Positions 34,521 to 43,239 of a DNA stretch of 64,000 bases are shown here, in pieces. The notes under the pieces were generated by a model. It worked only from the letters and a program-made list of their open reading frames with translations. It ran no database searches and was not told the DNA's origin. Position 1 is the first letter of the stretch; the number at the start of each line of letters is the position of its first letter. Source of the stretch: an uncultured Rubrivivax sp. (GTDB lineage Bacteria > Pseudomonadota > Gammaproteobacteria > Burkholderiales > Burkholderiaceae_C); NCBI GenBank assembly GCA_964423075.1, contig CAYREA010000006.1:5514-69513 (forward strand), written 5' to 3'. The position numbers were made by a program, and so were the translations under genes.

Positions 34521-35441
34521 ATGCGACCGCTGCGAAAACTGTCCCACGCCATCACGCCCGGCCGCGTGCCCTACGTGCTGCTGCTGCCCTTCCTGCTGCT
34601 GTTCCTGGTGTTCGGGCTGTTCCCGCTGATGTTCTCGCTCTACCTCGCGTTCCAGAGCTGGGAGCCCACCAGCGGGCTGGGCGCGATGGACTATGTCGGC
34701 CTGTCGAACTTCGCGTTCGCGCTGCAGGACGAGTGGTTCTGGAAGTCGCTGAAGAACACGCTCTGGCTGGCCCTGGCCGCCGGGCTGCCGCAGCACCTGG
34801 TGGCGGTGCCGCTGGCGGTGGCGCTGAACGGCCTGTTCAAGCGCGGGCGCAACACCGCGGTGGGGTTGTACTTCCTGCCCTACATCACCTCGACGGTGGC
34901 CATCGCCATCCTCTTCACCTCGCTCTTGTCCACCGACTACGGGCTCATCAATGCCGCGCTGGCGAAGCTGCCCTTCATCGCCCCGGCCACGCGCATCGAC
35001 TGGCTCAACGACCCCGATGCGGTGAAACCCGCCATCACGCTGCTGGTGTTCTGGCGCTTCGTCGGCTTCAACACCGTGCTCTACCTGGCGGCGCTGCAGA
35101 CCATCCCGCGAGACCTGTACGAAGCCGCCGCCATGGACGGCGCCTCGCGCTGGCAGCAGTTCCGCTGGATCACGCTGCCGGGGCTCAGGCCCATGATGCT
35201 GTTCGGCTTCACGCTCAGCATCATCGGCGGGCTGCAGCTCTTCGAAGAGCCCTTCGTGCTGACCAACGGCAAGGGCGGCAGCGACCAGGCCGGCATGACG
35301 AGTGCCGTGTACCTGTACCGCACGGCCTTCGACTTCAACGACTTCGGTGCCGCCAGCGCCATGTCGTGGCTGCTGCTGGCGGTGGTGGCCTTGCTCACCT
35401 GGTTGACGCAGCGCGCCTTTGCGCCGGGGCGCGGCGCATGA
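34521..35441 (+). CDS. Carbohydrate ABC transporter permease (MalF-like)
   Basis: YVGLSNF; EAA loop LYEAAAMDGAS. Confidence 0.93.
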   Translation: MRPLRKLSHAITPGRVPYVLLLPFLLLFLVFGLFPLMFSLYLAFQSWEPTSGLGAMDYVGLSNFAFALQDEWFWKSLKNTLWLALAAGLPQHLVAVPLAVALNGLFKRGRNTAVGLYFLPYITSTVAIAILFTSLLSTDYGLINAALAKLPFIAPATRIDWLNDPDAVKPAITLLVFWRFVGFNTVLYLAALQTIPRDLYEAAAMDGASRWQQFRWITLPGLRPMMLFGFTLSIIGGLQLFEEPFVLTNGKGGSDQAGMTSAVYLYRTAFDFNDFGAASAMSWLLLAVVALLTWLTQRAFAPGRGA

Positions 35442-36262
35442 AGCGGCCTTCGCTGGGGCGTGCCGGTGCGTACGCGCTGGTGGGCGTGGGCGCGCTGATC
35501 ATGCTGGCGCCCTTCTACTTCATGTTCGTGTTCGCCACCCAGTCGCGCACCGACATCTTCAGCGTGCCGCCGCCGCTGTGGTTCGGCGACGATCTGCTGA
35601 ACAACCTGGCGATCCTGACGCAACGCATCCCCTTCTGGCGCAACCTGGGCTGGAGCCTCTACGTGGCGCTGGCCAGCACGGCCTTGACGCTGCTGTTCTG
35701 CTCGATGGGCGGCTACGCCTTCGCGATGTTCCAGTTCCGCTTCAAGAAGGCCCTCTTCGCGCTGGTGATGGGCACGATGATGCTGCCGTCCTTCATGTCC
35801 ATGATCCCCACCTTCATGATCATGGACGCGCTGGGCTGGATCGACCAGCCGCGCGCGCTCTACATCCCGGGCGCGGCCAGCGCCTTCGGCATCTTCCTGA
35901 TGCGCCAGTACGTGGCCTCGGCGGTGCCGCCCGAGCTGGTGGAAGCGGCACGCATGGACGGCTGCAGCGAGCTGGGCATCTACGCCCGCATCGTGCTGCC
36001 CCTGCTCAAGCCCGCGCTCGGCACGCTGGGGCTCATCACCTTCATCGCCTCGTGGAACAACTTCATCGCGCCGCTGGTGGTGATGCGCTCGCCTGAAAAC
36101 TACACGCTGCCGCTGGCGCTGCGCTCGATGCAGAGCCCGGTGGACACCGAGTGGGGCGCGTTGATGACGGGCTCTGCCATCGCCACCCTGCCGCTGATCG
36201 TTCTGTTCGCGCTGGCCTCGCGCCAGCTCATCGCCGGCCTCACCGCGGGCGCCGTCAAGTAG
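35438..36262 (+). CDS. Carbohydrate ABC transporter permease (MalG-like)
   Basis: LVEAARMDGCS; WNNFIAPL; GLTAGAVK C-terminus. Confidence 0.93.
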   Translation: MKRPSLGRAGAYALVGVGALIMLAPFYFMFVFATQSRTDIFSVPPPLWFGDDLLNNLAILTQRIPFWRNLGWSLYVALASTALTLLFCSMGGYAFAMFQFRFKKALFALVMGTMMLPSFMSMIPTFMIMDALGWIDQPRALYIPGAASAFGIFLMRQYVASAVPPELVEAARMDGCSELGIYARIVLPLLKPALGTLGLITFIASWNNFIAPLVVMRSPENYTLPLALRSMQSPVDTEWGALMTGSAIATLPLIVLFALASRQLIAGLTAGAVK

Positions 36263-36291
36263 GTGGCCCCGTTCACCTTGCCTGTTCTTCC

Positions 36292-37620
36292 ATGACCGCC
36301 GATCTCCGCCGTTCCCAGTTTCCCAACGACTTCGCCTGGGGCGTGGCCACCAGCGCCTTCCAGATCGAAGGCGCGGCCGGCACGGGCGGCAAGGGCCCTT
36401 CGATCTGGGACCGCTTCTGCGCGCAGCCCGGCGCCATCGACGACGGCAGCAACGGCGACGTGGCCTGCGAGCATGTCGCGCGCTGGGCTGATGACCTCGA
36501 CCTCATCGCCACCCTGGGCGTCAACGCCTACCGCTTCTCGGTGAGCTGGCCGCGGATGCAGCCGCTGGGCCAGGGCCCCTGGAACCGGGCCGGCATGGAC
36601 TTCTACGACCGCCTGGTCGACGGCCTGCTCCAGCGCGGGCTGCAGCCGCACGTCACGCTCAATCACTGGGACCTGCCGGCTGCGCTGCAGGACCGGGGTG
36701 GCTGGGGCCAGCGCGACACGGTGCGGCACTTCGTCGACTACGCCCTGGGTGTGCAGCGCCTGCTGGGCGACCGCATCCGCACGCTCACCACGCACAACGA
36801 GCCCTGGGTGATGGCCCAGCTGGGCCACCGCACTGGTCAGTTCGCACCCGGGCTCAAGGACGCCAAGCTCGCCACACAGGTGGCGCACCACCTGCTGCTG
36901 AGCCACGGCCTGGCTTTGCACGCGCTGCGCGCCTCGGGCTGCCGCACACCGCTGGGCATCGTGCTCAACCTGGCGCCCATCCACCCCGCCAGCGACAGCG
37001 AAGCCGACAGCGGGCGAGCCCGCCTGGAAGACGGCCAGCTGCTGCGCTGGTACCTCGACCCGCTGTGCCGCGGCCGCTACCCGGTGGACGTGTGGGCCGC
37101 GCTCGGCGCCGACGCGCCCGAGGTGCGCGCCGGAGACCTCGACTCCATCGCGGCGCCGCTGGACTTCCTGGGCATCAACTACTACTCGCGCTCGGTGGCC
37201 AGCACCACCGAAGCCTGGGACCCGAAAGGCCGCGGCCTGCACACCACCGACATGGGCTGGGAGGTCTATCCCCAGGGCCTGACCGAGCTGCTGCTGCGTG
37301 TGCAGCGCGACTACGACATACCGCGCCTCTACGTCACCGAGAACGGGGCCGCCTTCGCCGACCGGCTGGAAGGCGGCCGCGTGCACGACGCCGAGCGGGT
37401 GCGCTACCTGCAGCAGCACATCGCCGCCGTGCGCGACGCCATGGACCAGGGTGCGCGTGTGGCCGGCTACATGGTGTGGAGCCTGATGGACAACTTCGAG
37501 TGGTCCTTCGGCTACACCAAGCGCTTCGGCATCGTGCATGTCGACTACGCCACCCAGCGGCGCACGCTGAAGGACAGCGCGCTCTGGTACCGCAGGTTCC
37601 TGCAGGTCGGTGCCGCCTGA
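36292..37620 (+). CDS. GH1 beta-glucosidase
   Basis: FAWGVATSAFQIEG; acid/base HNEP; nucleophile VTENG; DNFEW. Confidence 0.95.
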   Translation: MTADLRRSQFPNDFAWGVATSAFQIEGAAGTGGKGPSIWDRFCAQPGAIDDGSNGDVACEHVARWADDLDLIATLGVNAYRFSVSWPRMQPLGQGPWNRAGMDFYDRLVDGLLQRGLQPHVTLNHWDLPAALQDRGGWGQRDTVRHFVDYALGVQRLLGDRIRTLTTHNEPWVMAQLGHRTGQFAPGLKDAKLATQVAHHLLLSHGLALHALRASGCRTPLGIVLNLAPIHPASDSEADSGRARLEDGQLLRWYLDPLCRGRYPVDVWAALGADAPEVRAGDLDSIAAPLDFLGINYYSRSVASTTEAWDPKGRGLHTTDMGWEVYPQGLTELLLRVQRDYDIPRLYVTENGAAFADRLEGGRVHDAERVRYLQQHIAAVRDAMDQGARVAGYMVWSLMDNFEWSFGYTKRFGIVHVDYATQRRTLKDSALWYRRFLQVGAA

Positions 37621-37761
37621 TGCGCGCACCGCAGCGGCGCGGCCTGCGCGAGATCCAGGGCAAGGCCGAGGTCATCGAGGGCGTCGAGCTTGGGGGTGAG
37701 GGAGGGCTGGTGCATCGTCTTCGTCAGCCCTTCGGGCTGCGGCAAGACCACCACGCTGCGT
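37620..37761 (+). pseudogene. Frameshifted, truncated MalK/MsiK-type ABC ATPase remnant
   Basis: MRAPQRRGLREIQGKAEVIEGVEL, then a one-base shift at about 37690 gives GVREGWCIVFVSPSGCGKTTTLR (Walker A); similarity then stops. Confidence 0.78.
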
Positions 37762-37811
37762 GTGGAGAGCCTGGCCGCACCGCTGTCGGTGAGAGTTGCG
37801 GCGGCTGAGCC

Positions 37812-38675
37812 TCAGCGCGGCTTCTGCCACACGCGCACGGAGTCGATTTCCATCGTCACCGGGAAGATCGCGTCGTCCACCGGCCCGCCCAGGTCGCCCC
37901 CGATGGCGATGTTGAGGATCAGGAACTGCGGCGCGTCGAAGGGCCACTGCGCCTTGCCGCTGCCGGCGTTGGGGTAGGTGAAATGGTGCTTGCCGTCGAT
38001 GCCGAAGCGGATTTCGCTCGGTGTCCAGTGCATCTGGTAGTCGTGGAAGGCCTTGCACACGTCACCCATGCGCGTGCCGCCGCCCTTGCCCTGGCCGCCG
38101 CTGCCCGAGGCGGTGTGCACGGTGCTGAAGACATGGTCGGGGTCCTTGCCCACGTGTTCCAGGATGTCCAGCTCGCCGGCCGCTGGCCAGTCGCCCTGGC
38201 TGGCCAGCATCCAGATCGCGGGCCAGGTGCCCCGGCCGCAGGGCAGCCGGGCGCGCACGCTGAAGAAGCCGTAGGTCCAGTCGCCCTTGCCGCGCGAGAT
38301 GAGGCGGACGGAGGTGTAGCGCTGGCCACCCCAGTCGGGCGCGGTGTCGAGTGTTTCCTTGCGTGCGGTGATGACGAGCTTGCCGTCGCGCACCACACCG
38401 TTCTCGGGCCGCGCCGCGCTGTAGTACTGCAACTCGCGGTTGTGCCAGCCGGCCTTGTTCATGCCGGTGTCGGGGCTCCAGCGCGTGGGGTCGGGCAGGC
38501 CGGGTTTGTCGAACTCGTCGGCCCACACCAGCTGGTAGCCGGCGGGCACCGTCAGTGGGGCCTGCGGCGTGGCGGCCGCAGTGTCTGCCGAGCCGCCGGC
38601 GCCGCAGCCGACGAGGCCCAGCATGGGCAGCAGCCGGCCGAAGCGGCCGGTGGTGGAACGGGTGGGCTGGGCCAT
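37812..38675 (-). CDS. GH16 endo-beta-1,3-glucanase (laminarinase-like), probable lipoprotein
   Basis: LVWADEF, WHNRELQYY, TWPAIWML, catalytic GELDILE; lipobox LVGC. Confidence 0.9.
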   Translation of the reverse strand: MAQPTRSTTGRFGRLLPMLGLVGCGAGGSADTAAATPQAPLTVPAGYQLVWADEFDKPGLPDPTRWSPDTGMNKAGWHNRELQYYSAARPENGVVRDGKLVITARKETLDTAPDWGGQRYTSVRLISRGKGDWTYGFFSVRARLPCGRGTWPAIWMLASQGDWPAAGELDILEHVGKDPDHVFSTVHTASGSGGQGKGGGTRMGDVCKAFHDYQMHWTPSEIRFGIDGKHHFTYPNAGSGKAQWPFDAPQFLILNIAIGGDLGGPVDDAIFPVTMEIDSVRVWQKPR

Positions 38676-38700
38676 GGGCGAATGTTGAACGTGGGTGGGT

Positions 38701-39954
38701 TCAGCGCAGCGCGCGCCGGGCGATCAGGGCTTCGGCGTCTTCCAGCGCCAGGGTGATGGACTTGCCGCGCAGCAGCACCTTGTCGAGCTCGGTGTTGATC
38801 ACCTCCTCGGCAAATCCGTCCTGCCGGTGCAGGCGCGGTGCGGCGATGCGCATCGCCGCGTCCACCCACAGGCGGCGTGCGGCCTGGCCGCCCAGGAAGG
38901 GCAGCGGGGCGTCGAAAGCGGGTGCGTCCTGCGCCGCGCGCAGCGCCGGGAAGGCGTCGTAGGTCTCGAAGGCGGCCAGCTGGCGGCCGCGGTCCAGGCA
39001 CATCAGGCGGATGAAGTCCCAGGCCAGCAGCTGGCGTTCACGCGGCAGGCGCCGCGGGATGGCCAAGAAGATGCCGCCGTAGCTGGCATTGGCGCCTTCG
39101 GGGAAGGGCGCCGCGCGCCACAGGCCCGCGGTCTGCGGCGCCACCCAGCTGCTGAGCTGGCCCACCAGCCAGGCGCCACCCAGTTCGGTGGCTAGGCGGC
39201 CGCGGCGCAGCGCCTCGGCCCATTCGTTGGACCAGACGGGCAGCCGCGCGTCCAGCCCTTCGCGGCGGATCTGCAGGCTCAGCTCGAAGGCACGTCGGAA
39301 TCGCGGCGCGCCGATGAGCGGGCGCGAGTGGGCGTCGAAGTACAGGCCCTCGCCGGCGCGCAGGCCGCTGCGAATGACGATGTCCTTCAGCGCCCGCACA
39401 TGCGCCACCAGGTGAGCGCCGGTGCGCGCCTTGATCTGCCGGCCGGCTTCGACATAGGCGTCCCAGCTGGCCGTCAGCGCCGCGGGCGCCAGGCCTGCGG
39501 CTTGCAGCAGGTCGTGGCGCAGCAGCAGGGTGCCGGGGCCGATGTCGGCCGGCGCGGCCAGCACCTCGCCGCGCGGCGAGGTGGCCTGGGCATAGGCGAA
39601 GGGCGTGAAGGCCGCCCGTTCGGCTTCGATGCCGAAGGGCGCGGCGCGCAGGTCCTGCAAACCCGTGCCCAGCGCATAACGGCCCAGCTGGCTGGCTTCC
39701 AGCGCCATCACGTCGGGCAGCTGCGCGGCGGTGGTGAGAGCGGTGGCCATGGCGGTGTGGTGGTCGCCGTACTGGCGGCCCTGCACCTGCAGGCCCACCT
39801 TTGCATGGCGGGCGCGCCAGGCCGGCAGGGCGTCGGCCACGATGCGGTCCACCAGCGGAAAGGCCGCCACCGAGAGCGGCGGCTGCGCGCGCGCCGCCGG
39901 GGCGTAGGCCGCGGCCGGCAGCATCAACAAGGCACGCCGAGTGGGGCTCTGCAT
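38701..39954 (-). CDS. Second carbohydrate ABC substrate-binding protein (Tat signal), paralog of 33239-34507
   Basis: TRRALL signal; shares DIGPGTLL, KARTGA and FAEEVxNTELDKVL with the first copy. Confidence 0.88.
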   Translation of the reverse strand: MQSPTRRALLMLPAAAYAPAARAQPPLSVAAFPLVDRIVADALPAWRARHAKVGLQVQGRQYGDHHTAMATALTTAAQLPDVMALEASQLGRYALGTGLQDLRAAPFGIEAERAAFTPFAYAQATSPRGEVLAAPADIGPGTLLLRHDLLQAAGLAPAALTASWDAYVEAGRQIKARTGAHLVAHVRALKDIVIRSGLRAGEGLYFDAHSRPLIGAPRFRRAFELSLQIRREGLDARLPVWSNEWAEALRRGRLATELGGAWLVGQLSSWVAPQTAGLWRAAPFPEGANASYGGIFLAIPRRLPRERQLLAWDFIRLMCLDRGRQLAAFETYDAFPALRAAQDAPAFDAPLPFLGGQAARRLWVDAAMRIAAPRLHRQDGFAEEVINTELDKVLLRGKSITLALEDAEALIARRALR

Positions 39955-40022
39955 GGATAGGAAAGGAGAACTCCGGGCCCGCCTCGGAAAGAGGCGTGCA
40001 TGCACCGCCCAGGGCCCAAGCC

Positions 40023-40036
40023 TGAAAGCGCTTTCA
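40023..40036. promoter_or_regulatory. LacI operator 2
   Basis: Perfect TGAAAGCGCTTTCA upstream of the SBP2-GH16 unit. Confidence 0.85.
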
Positions 40037-40161
40037 TCATCGTGCCGGGAAGGGCCGGCGTCAATCGCTGGTTAACCCGCAGCCCGCCCTTTTGCGACAC
40101 CGCCGTGGGAACCGAGGGTGACTCCTAGGTCTCAAGCCGGAAGGGCGGCCCTATGCTTTTC

Positions 40162-40175
40162 TGAAAGCGCTTTCA
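40162..40175. promoter_or_regulatory. LacI operator 3
   Basis: Perfect TGAAAGCGCTTTCA just after a -10-like TATGCT (40152-40157), upstream of the TonB receptor. Confidence 0.85.
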
Positions 40176-40228
40176 CATGCGGCCCATGCCGCTCTCCAAA
40201 AACGACCACGCTTATCGGAGACAAGCAG

Positions 40229-43225
40229 ATGAAGAACACCCAACGCGCCACCTGCCCGCGGGCTTTCCGCATGACGCAGCTGGCCTCGGCCTGCGCGCTG
40301 GTGCTGGCCGGCGCCGCCCAGGCCCAGCAGGCCGCGGCGCCACCGGCGGCCGCGGCCTCGGCCCCCGGGCAGGTGAACACCGTGGTGATCCGCGGCATCC
40401 GCAAGAGCCTGGAGTCTTCGGTGGACCTGAAGCGCGCCAGCAGCGGCGTGGTCGATGGCATCGTGGCCGAGGACATCGGCAAGTTCCCCGACACCAACCT
40501 GGCCGAATCGATGCAGCGCATCAGCGGCGTGTCGATCAGCCGTTCACTCGGCGAAGGCTCGCGCGTCACGGTGCGCGGCGTCGGCCCCGACTTCAACCTG
40601 GTGCTGCTGAACGGCCGCCAGATGCCGGCGTCGAGCCTGGAAGACACCGGGCCCTCGAACTCACGCGCCTTCGACTTCGCCAACCTGGCTTCTGAATCCA
40701 TCGCGGCGCTGGAGGTCTACAAGACCAGCCGCGCCAGCACGCCCACCGGCGGCATCGGCGCCACCATCAACATCAAGACGGCGCGGCCGCTGGAGAACCC
40801 GGGCCTCATCGCCAGCGTGGGTGTGAAGGCGGTGATGGACCAGTCCAATACCCGCCTGCCCGATGCATTGCAGGGCTCCAAGGTCACGCCCGAGATCTCC
40901 GGCATCTACAGCAACACCTTCGCCGACGGCAGCTTCGGCGTGGCCATCACCGGCAGCTGGCAGAAACGCAGCCTGGGCTACAACCAGGCCTCGGTGCCGG
41001 GCGGCTGGCGCGCCTTCCGCGGCGACGAGAGCAACTGGGGCACCATCCCGCAGCCGGGCGCGCCGGGCTCGGAGAACATCACCAACCGGCCCAAGCCCAC
41101 CGACGTGTACTCGGTGCCGCAGAACCTGAACTACAGCGTCAACGGCGTGCAGCGCGAGCGCACCAACGGCCAGCTGACGCTGCAGTACGCGGCCAGCAAG
41201 AACCTCACCACCACGCTGGACTACACGTACAGCGAGAACAAGATCCACACGCTGCGCAACGAGCTGTCGGCCTGGTTCAACTTCGGCCCCTCGGTCACCT
41301 CGTGGACCGACGGCCCGGTGGCGGCACCCAAGTTCTATTCCGAGACCATCGTGCCGGCCACCAGCGACATCGCGATGGGCGGCGCCAAGTTCGGCACCAA
41401 GAACAAGAACCAGTCCACGGGCCTGAACGTGGCGTGGAAGGTGTCCGACACGCTGGCGCTGGAGTTCGACGCGCACAGCTCCACCGCCACCTCGGGCGCC
41501 GACAGCCCCTACGGCAGCAATGCCGTGCTGGGCACGGCCCAGTTCAACCGCGGCACCACCTCGGTGGACTTCACGCAGGACTTCCCGGTGCTCAGCATCG
41601 CCGGCAACGGCGTCGATGCCTCGCTGATGCAGGTGACGGGCTCGTCCTTCCGCAACAGCTACATGAAGGCCGGCATCGACCAGGCGCAGATCAAGGGCAA
41701 GTGGAAGCTCAGCGACGTGTCGCGGCTGGACTTCGGCGTCAGCGCCACCAAGGCCGACAACCGCTCGGCCTACTCGAACGTGCAGCGCGACACCTGGGGC
41801 GGCGCCACCAACGCCGGCGACTACCCCGACAGCGTGTGGCGGCCCGACACCATCCGCCCCTACTTCGGCCAGATCAGCGGCAGCGGCAACCCGGCCCTGT
41901 TCAACAACTTCTACACCTGGGACTTCGAGACCGTGCGCGCCCTGGCCTCGGCGGCCGCAGGCAACGACGCGCTGTACCGCAAGTCGGACGACTTCACGAC
42001 CGACCGGCGCGTGAAGGAAAAGTCGCAGAGTGCCTACCTGCAATACAACACGGACTGGGATCTCATCGTGCCCTGGAGCGGCGCCTTCGGCGTGCGCTAC
42101 GAGAAGACCGACGTCACCTCCACCGCGCTGGTGCCCACCGCCACCGGCATCAGCTGGGTGGCCAACAACGAGTTCTCGGTGGCCTTCGGCGCGCCCGGCT
42201 TCACCACGCTGACCGGCACCTACAAGTACTTCCTGCCCAGCATCGACGTCGACGCCGACCTCAGCGACAACACCAAGCTGCGCCTGAGCTACGGCGAAAG
42301 CATCGGCCGGCCGGGCTGGGGCGACATCCAGGGCGGGCAGACCATCAACCAGCTGGTGCGCATCAACGGCGGCACCGGCGCGCAGGGCAACCCGGGTCTG
42401 AAACCGCTGAAGTCGAAGAACTTCGACCTCTCGCTGGAGTTCTATTACGCCAAGGGCAGTTATGTCGCCGCGGGCTTCTTCCAGAAGAACATCGACAACT
42501 ACATCGGCGTCAGCACCGTCAACGGCACCCCCTTCAACCTGCACACGCCCGCCGGCGGTGCGCTGTTCACCGAGGCCGTGGGCACCGGCGGCTGCGTCAA
42601 CAGCGACCTGACCTGCATCCGCAACTACATCCTGCGCACCTACAACGGCCGCAATGGCGTGGTGCGCGGGCCCGACGACGCCAACGGCAACGCCACCGGC
42701 ACCATCGCCGGCCAGCCCGGCGACCCGGTGGCGAACTTCGCCATCACCGTGCCCAGCAACCAGAAGTCGGCCAGCCTGCGCGGCCTGGAGCTGAGCGTGC
42801 AGCACGCCTTCGGGCGCAGCGGCTTCGGCGTGTCGGCCAACTACACCTACGTGACCTCGGGGCTCAAGTACGACAACGCCAACCTGGGCGAGCAGTTCGC
42901 GCTGGAAGGCCTGAGCAACTCGGCCAATCTGGTGGGCTTCTTCGAGAACGACAAGTTCAACGTGCGCGCGGCCTACAACTGGCGCGGCAAGTTCCTGTCG
43001 GGCCGATTCGACGGCAGCGGCCTGCCCAACCCGGTGTACACGGAAGCGTACGGCCAGTGGGACCTGAGCGCGGGCTACAAGCTCACCGACAAGCTCTCGT
43101 TCCAGGCCGAGGTGATCAACCTCAACGATGGCGTGCAACGCCTGCACGGCCGCACCAAGGAGCAGGTGCTCTACGTCACGCAGACGGGGCGGCGCTACAT
43201 GCTGGGCGCTCGCTACCAGTTCTGA
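40229..43225 (+). CDS. TonB-dependent receptor
   Basis: TonB box NTVVIRG; plug AEDIGKFPDTNLAESMQRISGVSI; GNPGLKP; C-terminal ARYQF. Confidence 0.95.
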   Translation: MKNTQRATCPRAFRMTQLASACALVLAGAAQAQQAAAPPAAAASAPGQVNTVVIRGIRKSLESSVDLKRASSGVVDGIVAEDIGKFPDTNLAESMQRISGVSISRSLGEGSRVTVRGVGPDFNLVLLNGRQMPASSLEDTGPSNSRAFDFANLASESIAALEVYKTSRASTPTGGIGATINIKTARPLENPGLIASVGVKAVMDQSNTRLPDALQGSKVTPEISGIYSNTFADGSFGVAITGSWQKRSLGYNQASVPGGWRAFRGDESNWGTIPQPGAPGSENITNRPKPTDVYSVPQNLNYSVNGVQRERTNGQLTLQYAASKNLTTTLDYTYSENKIHTLRNELSAWFNFGPSVTSWTDGPVAAPKFYSETIVPATSDIAMGGAKFGTKNKNQSTGLNVAWKVSDTLALEFDAHSSTATSGADSPYGSNAVLGTAQFNRGTTSVDFTQDFPVLSIAGNGVDASLMQVTGSSFRNSYMKAGIDQAQIKGKWKLSDVSRLDFGVSATKADNRSAYSNVQRDTWGGATNAGDYPDSVWRPDTIRPYFGQISGSGNPALFNNFYTWDFETVRALASAAAGNDALYRKSDDFTTDRRVKEKSQSAYLQYNTDWDLIVPWSGAFGVRYEKTDVTSTALVPTATGISWVANNEFSVAFGAPGFTTLTGTYKYFLPSIDVDADLSDNTKLRLSYGESIGRPGWGDIQGGQTINQLVRINGGTGAQGNPGLKPLKSKNFDLSLEFYYAKGSYVAAGFFQKNIDNYIGVSTVNGTPFNLHTPAGGALFTEAVGTGGCVNSDLTCIRNYILRTYNGRNGVVRGPDDANGNATGTIAGQPGDPVANFAITVPSNQKSASLRGLELSVQHAFGRSGFGVSANYTYVTSGLKYDNANLGEQFALEGLSNSANLVGFFENDKFNVRAAYNWRGKFLSGRFDGSGLPNPVYTEAYGQWDLSAGYKLTDKLSFQAEVINLNDGVQRLHGRTKEQVLYVTQTGRRYMLGARYQF

Positions 43226-43239
43226 GCGGCCCGCATCCG

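Noticed and set aside
41302-43239. Apparent 646-aa N-terminal extension of the halogenase
   Set aside because: Off-frame overlap with the TonB receptor; the FAD motif begins right after ATG 43240.
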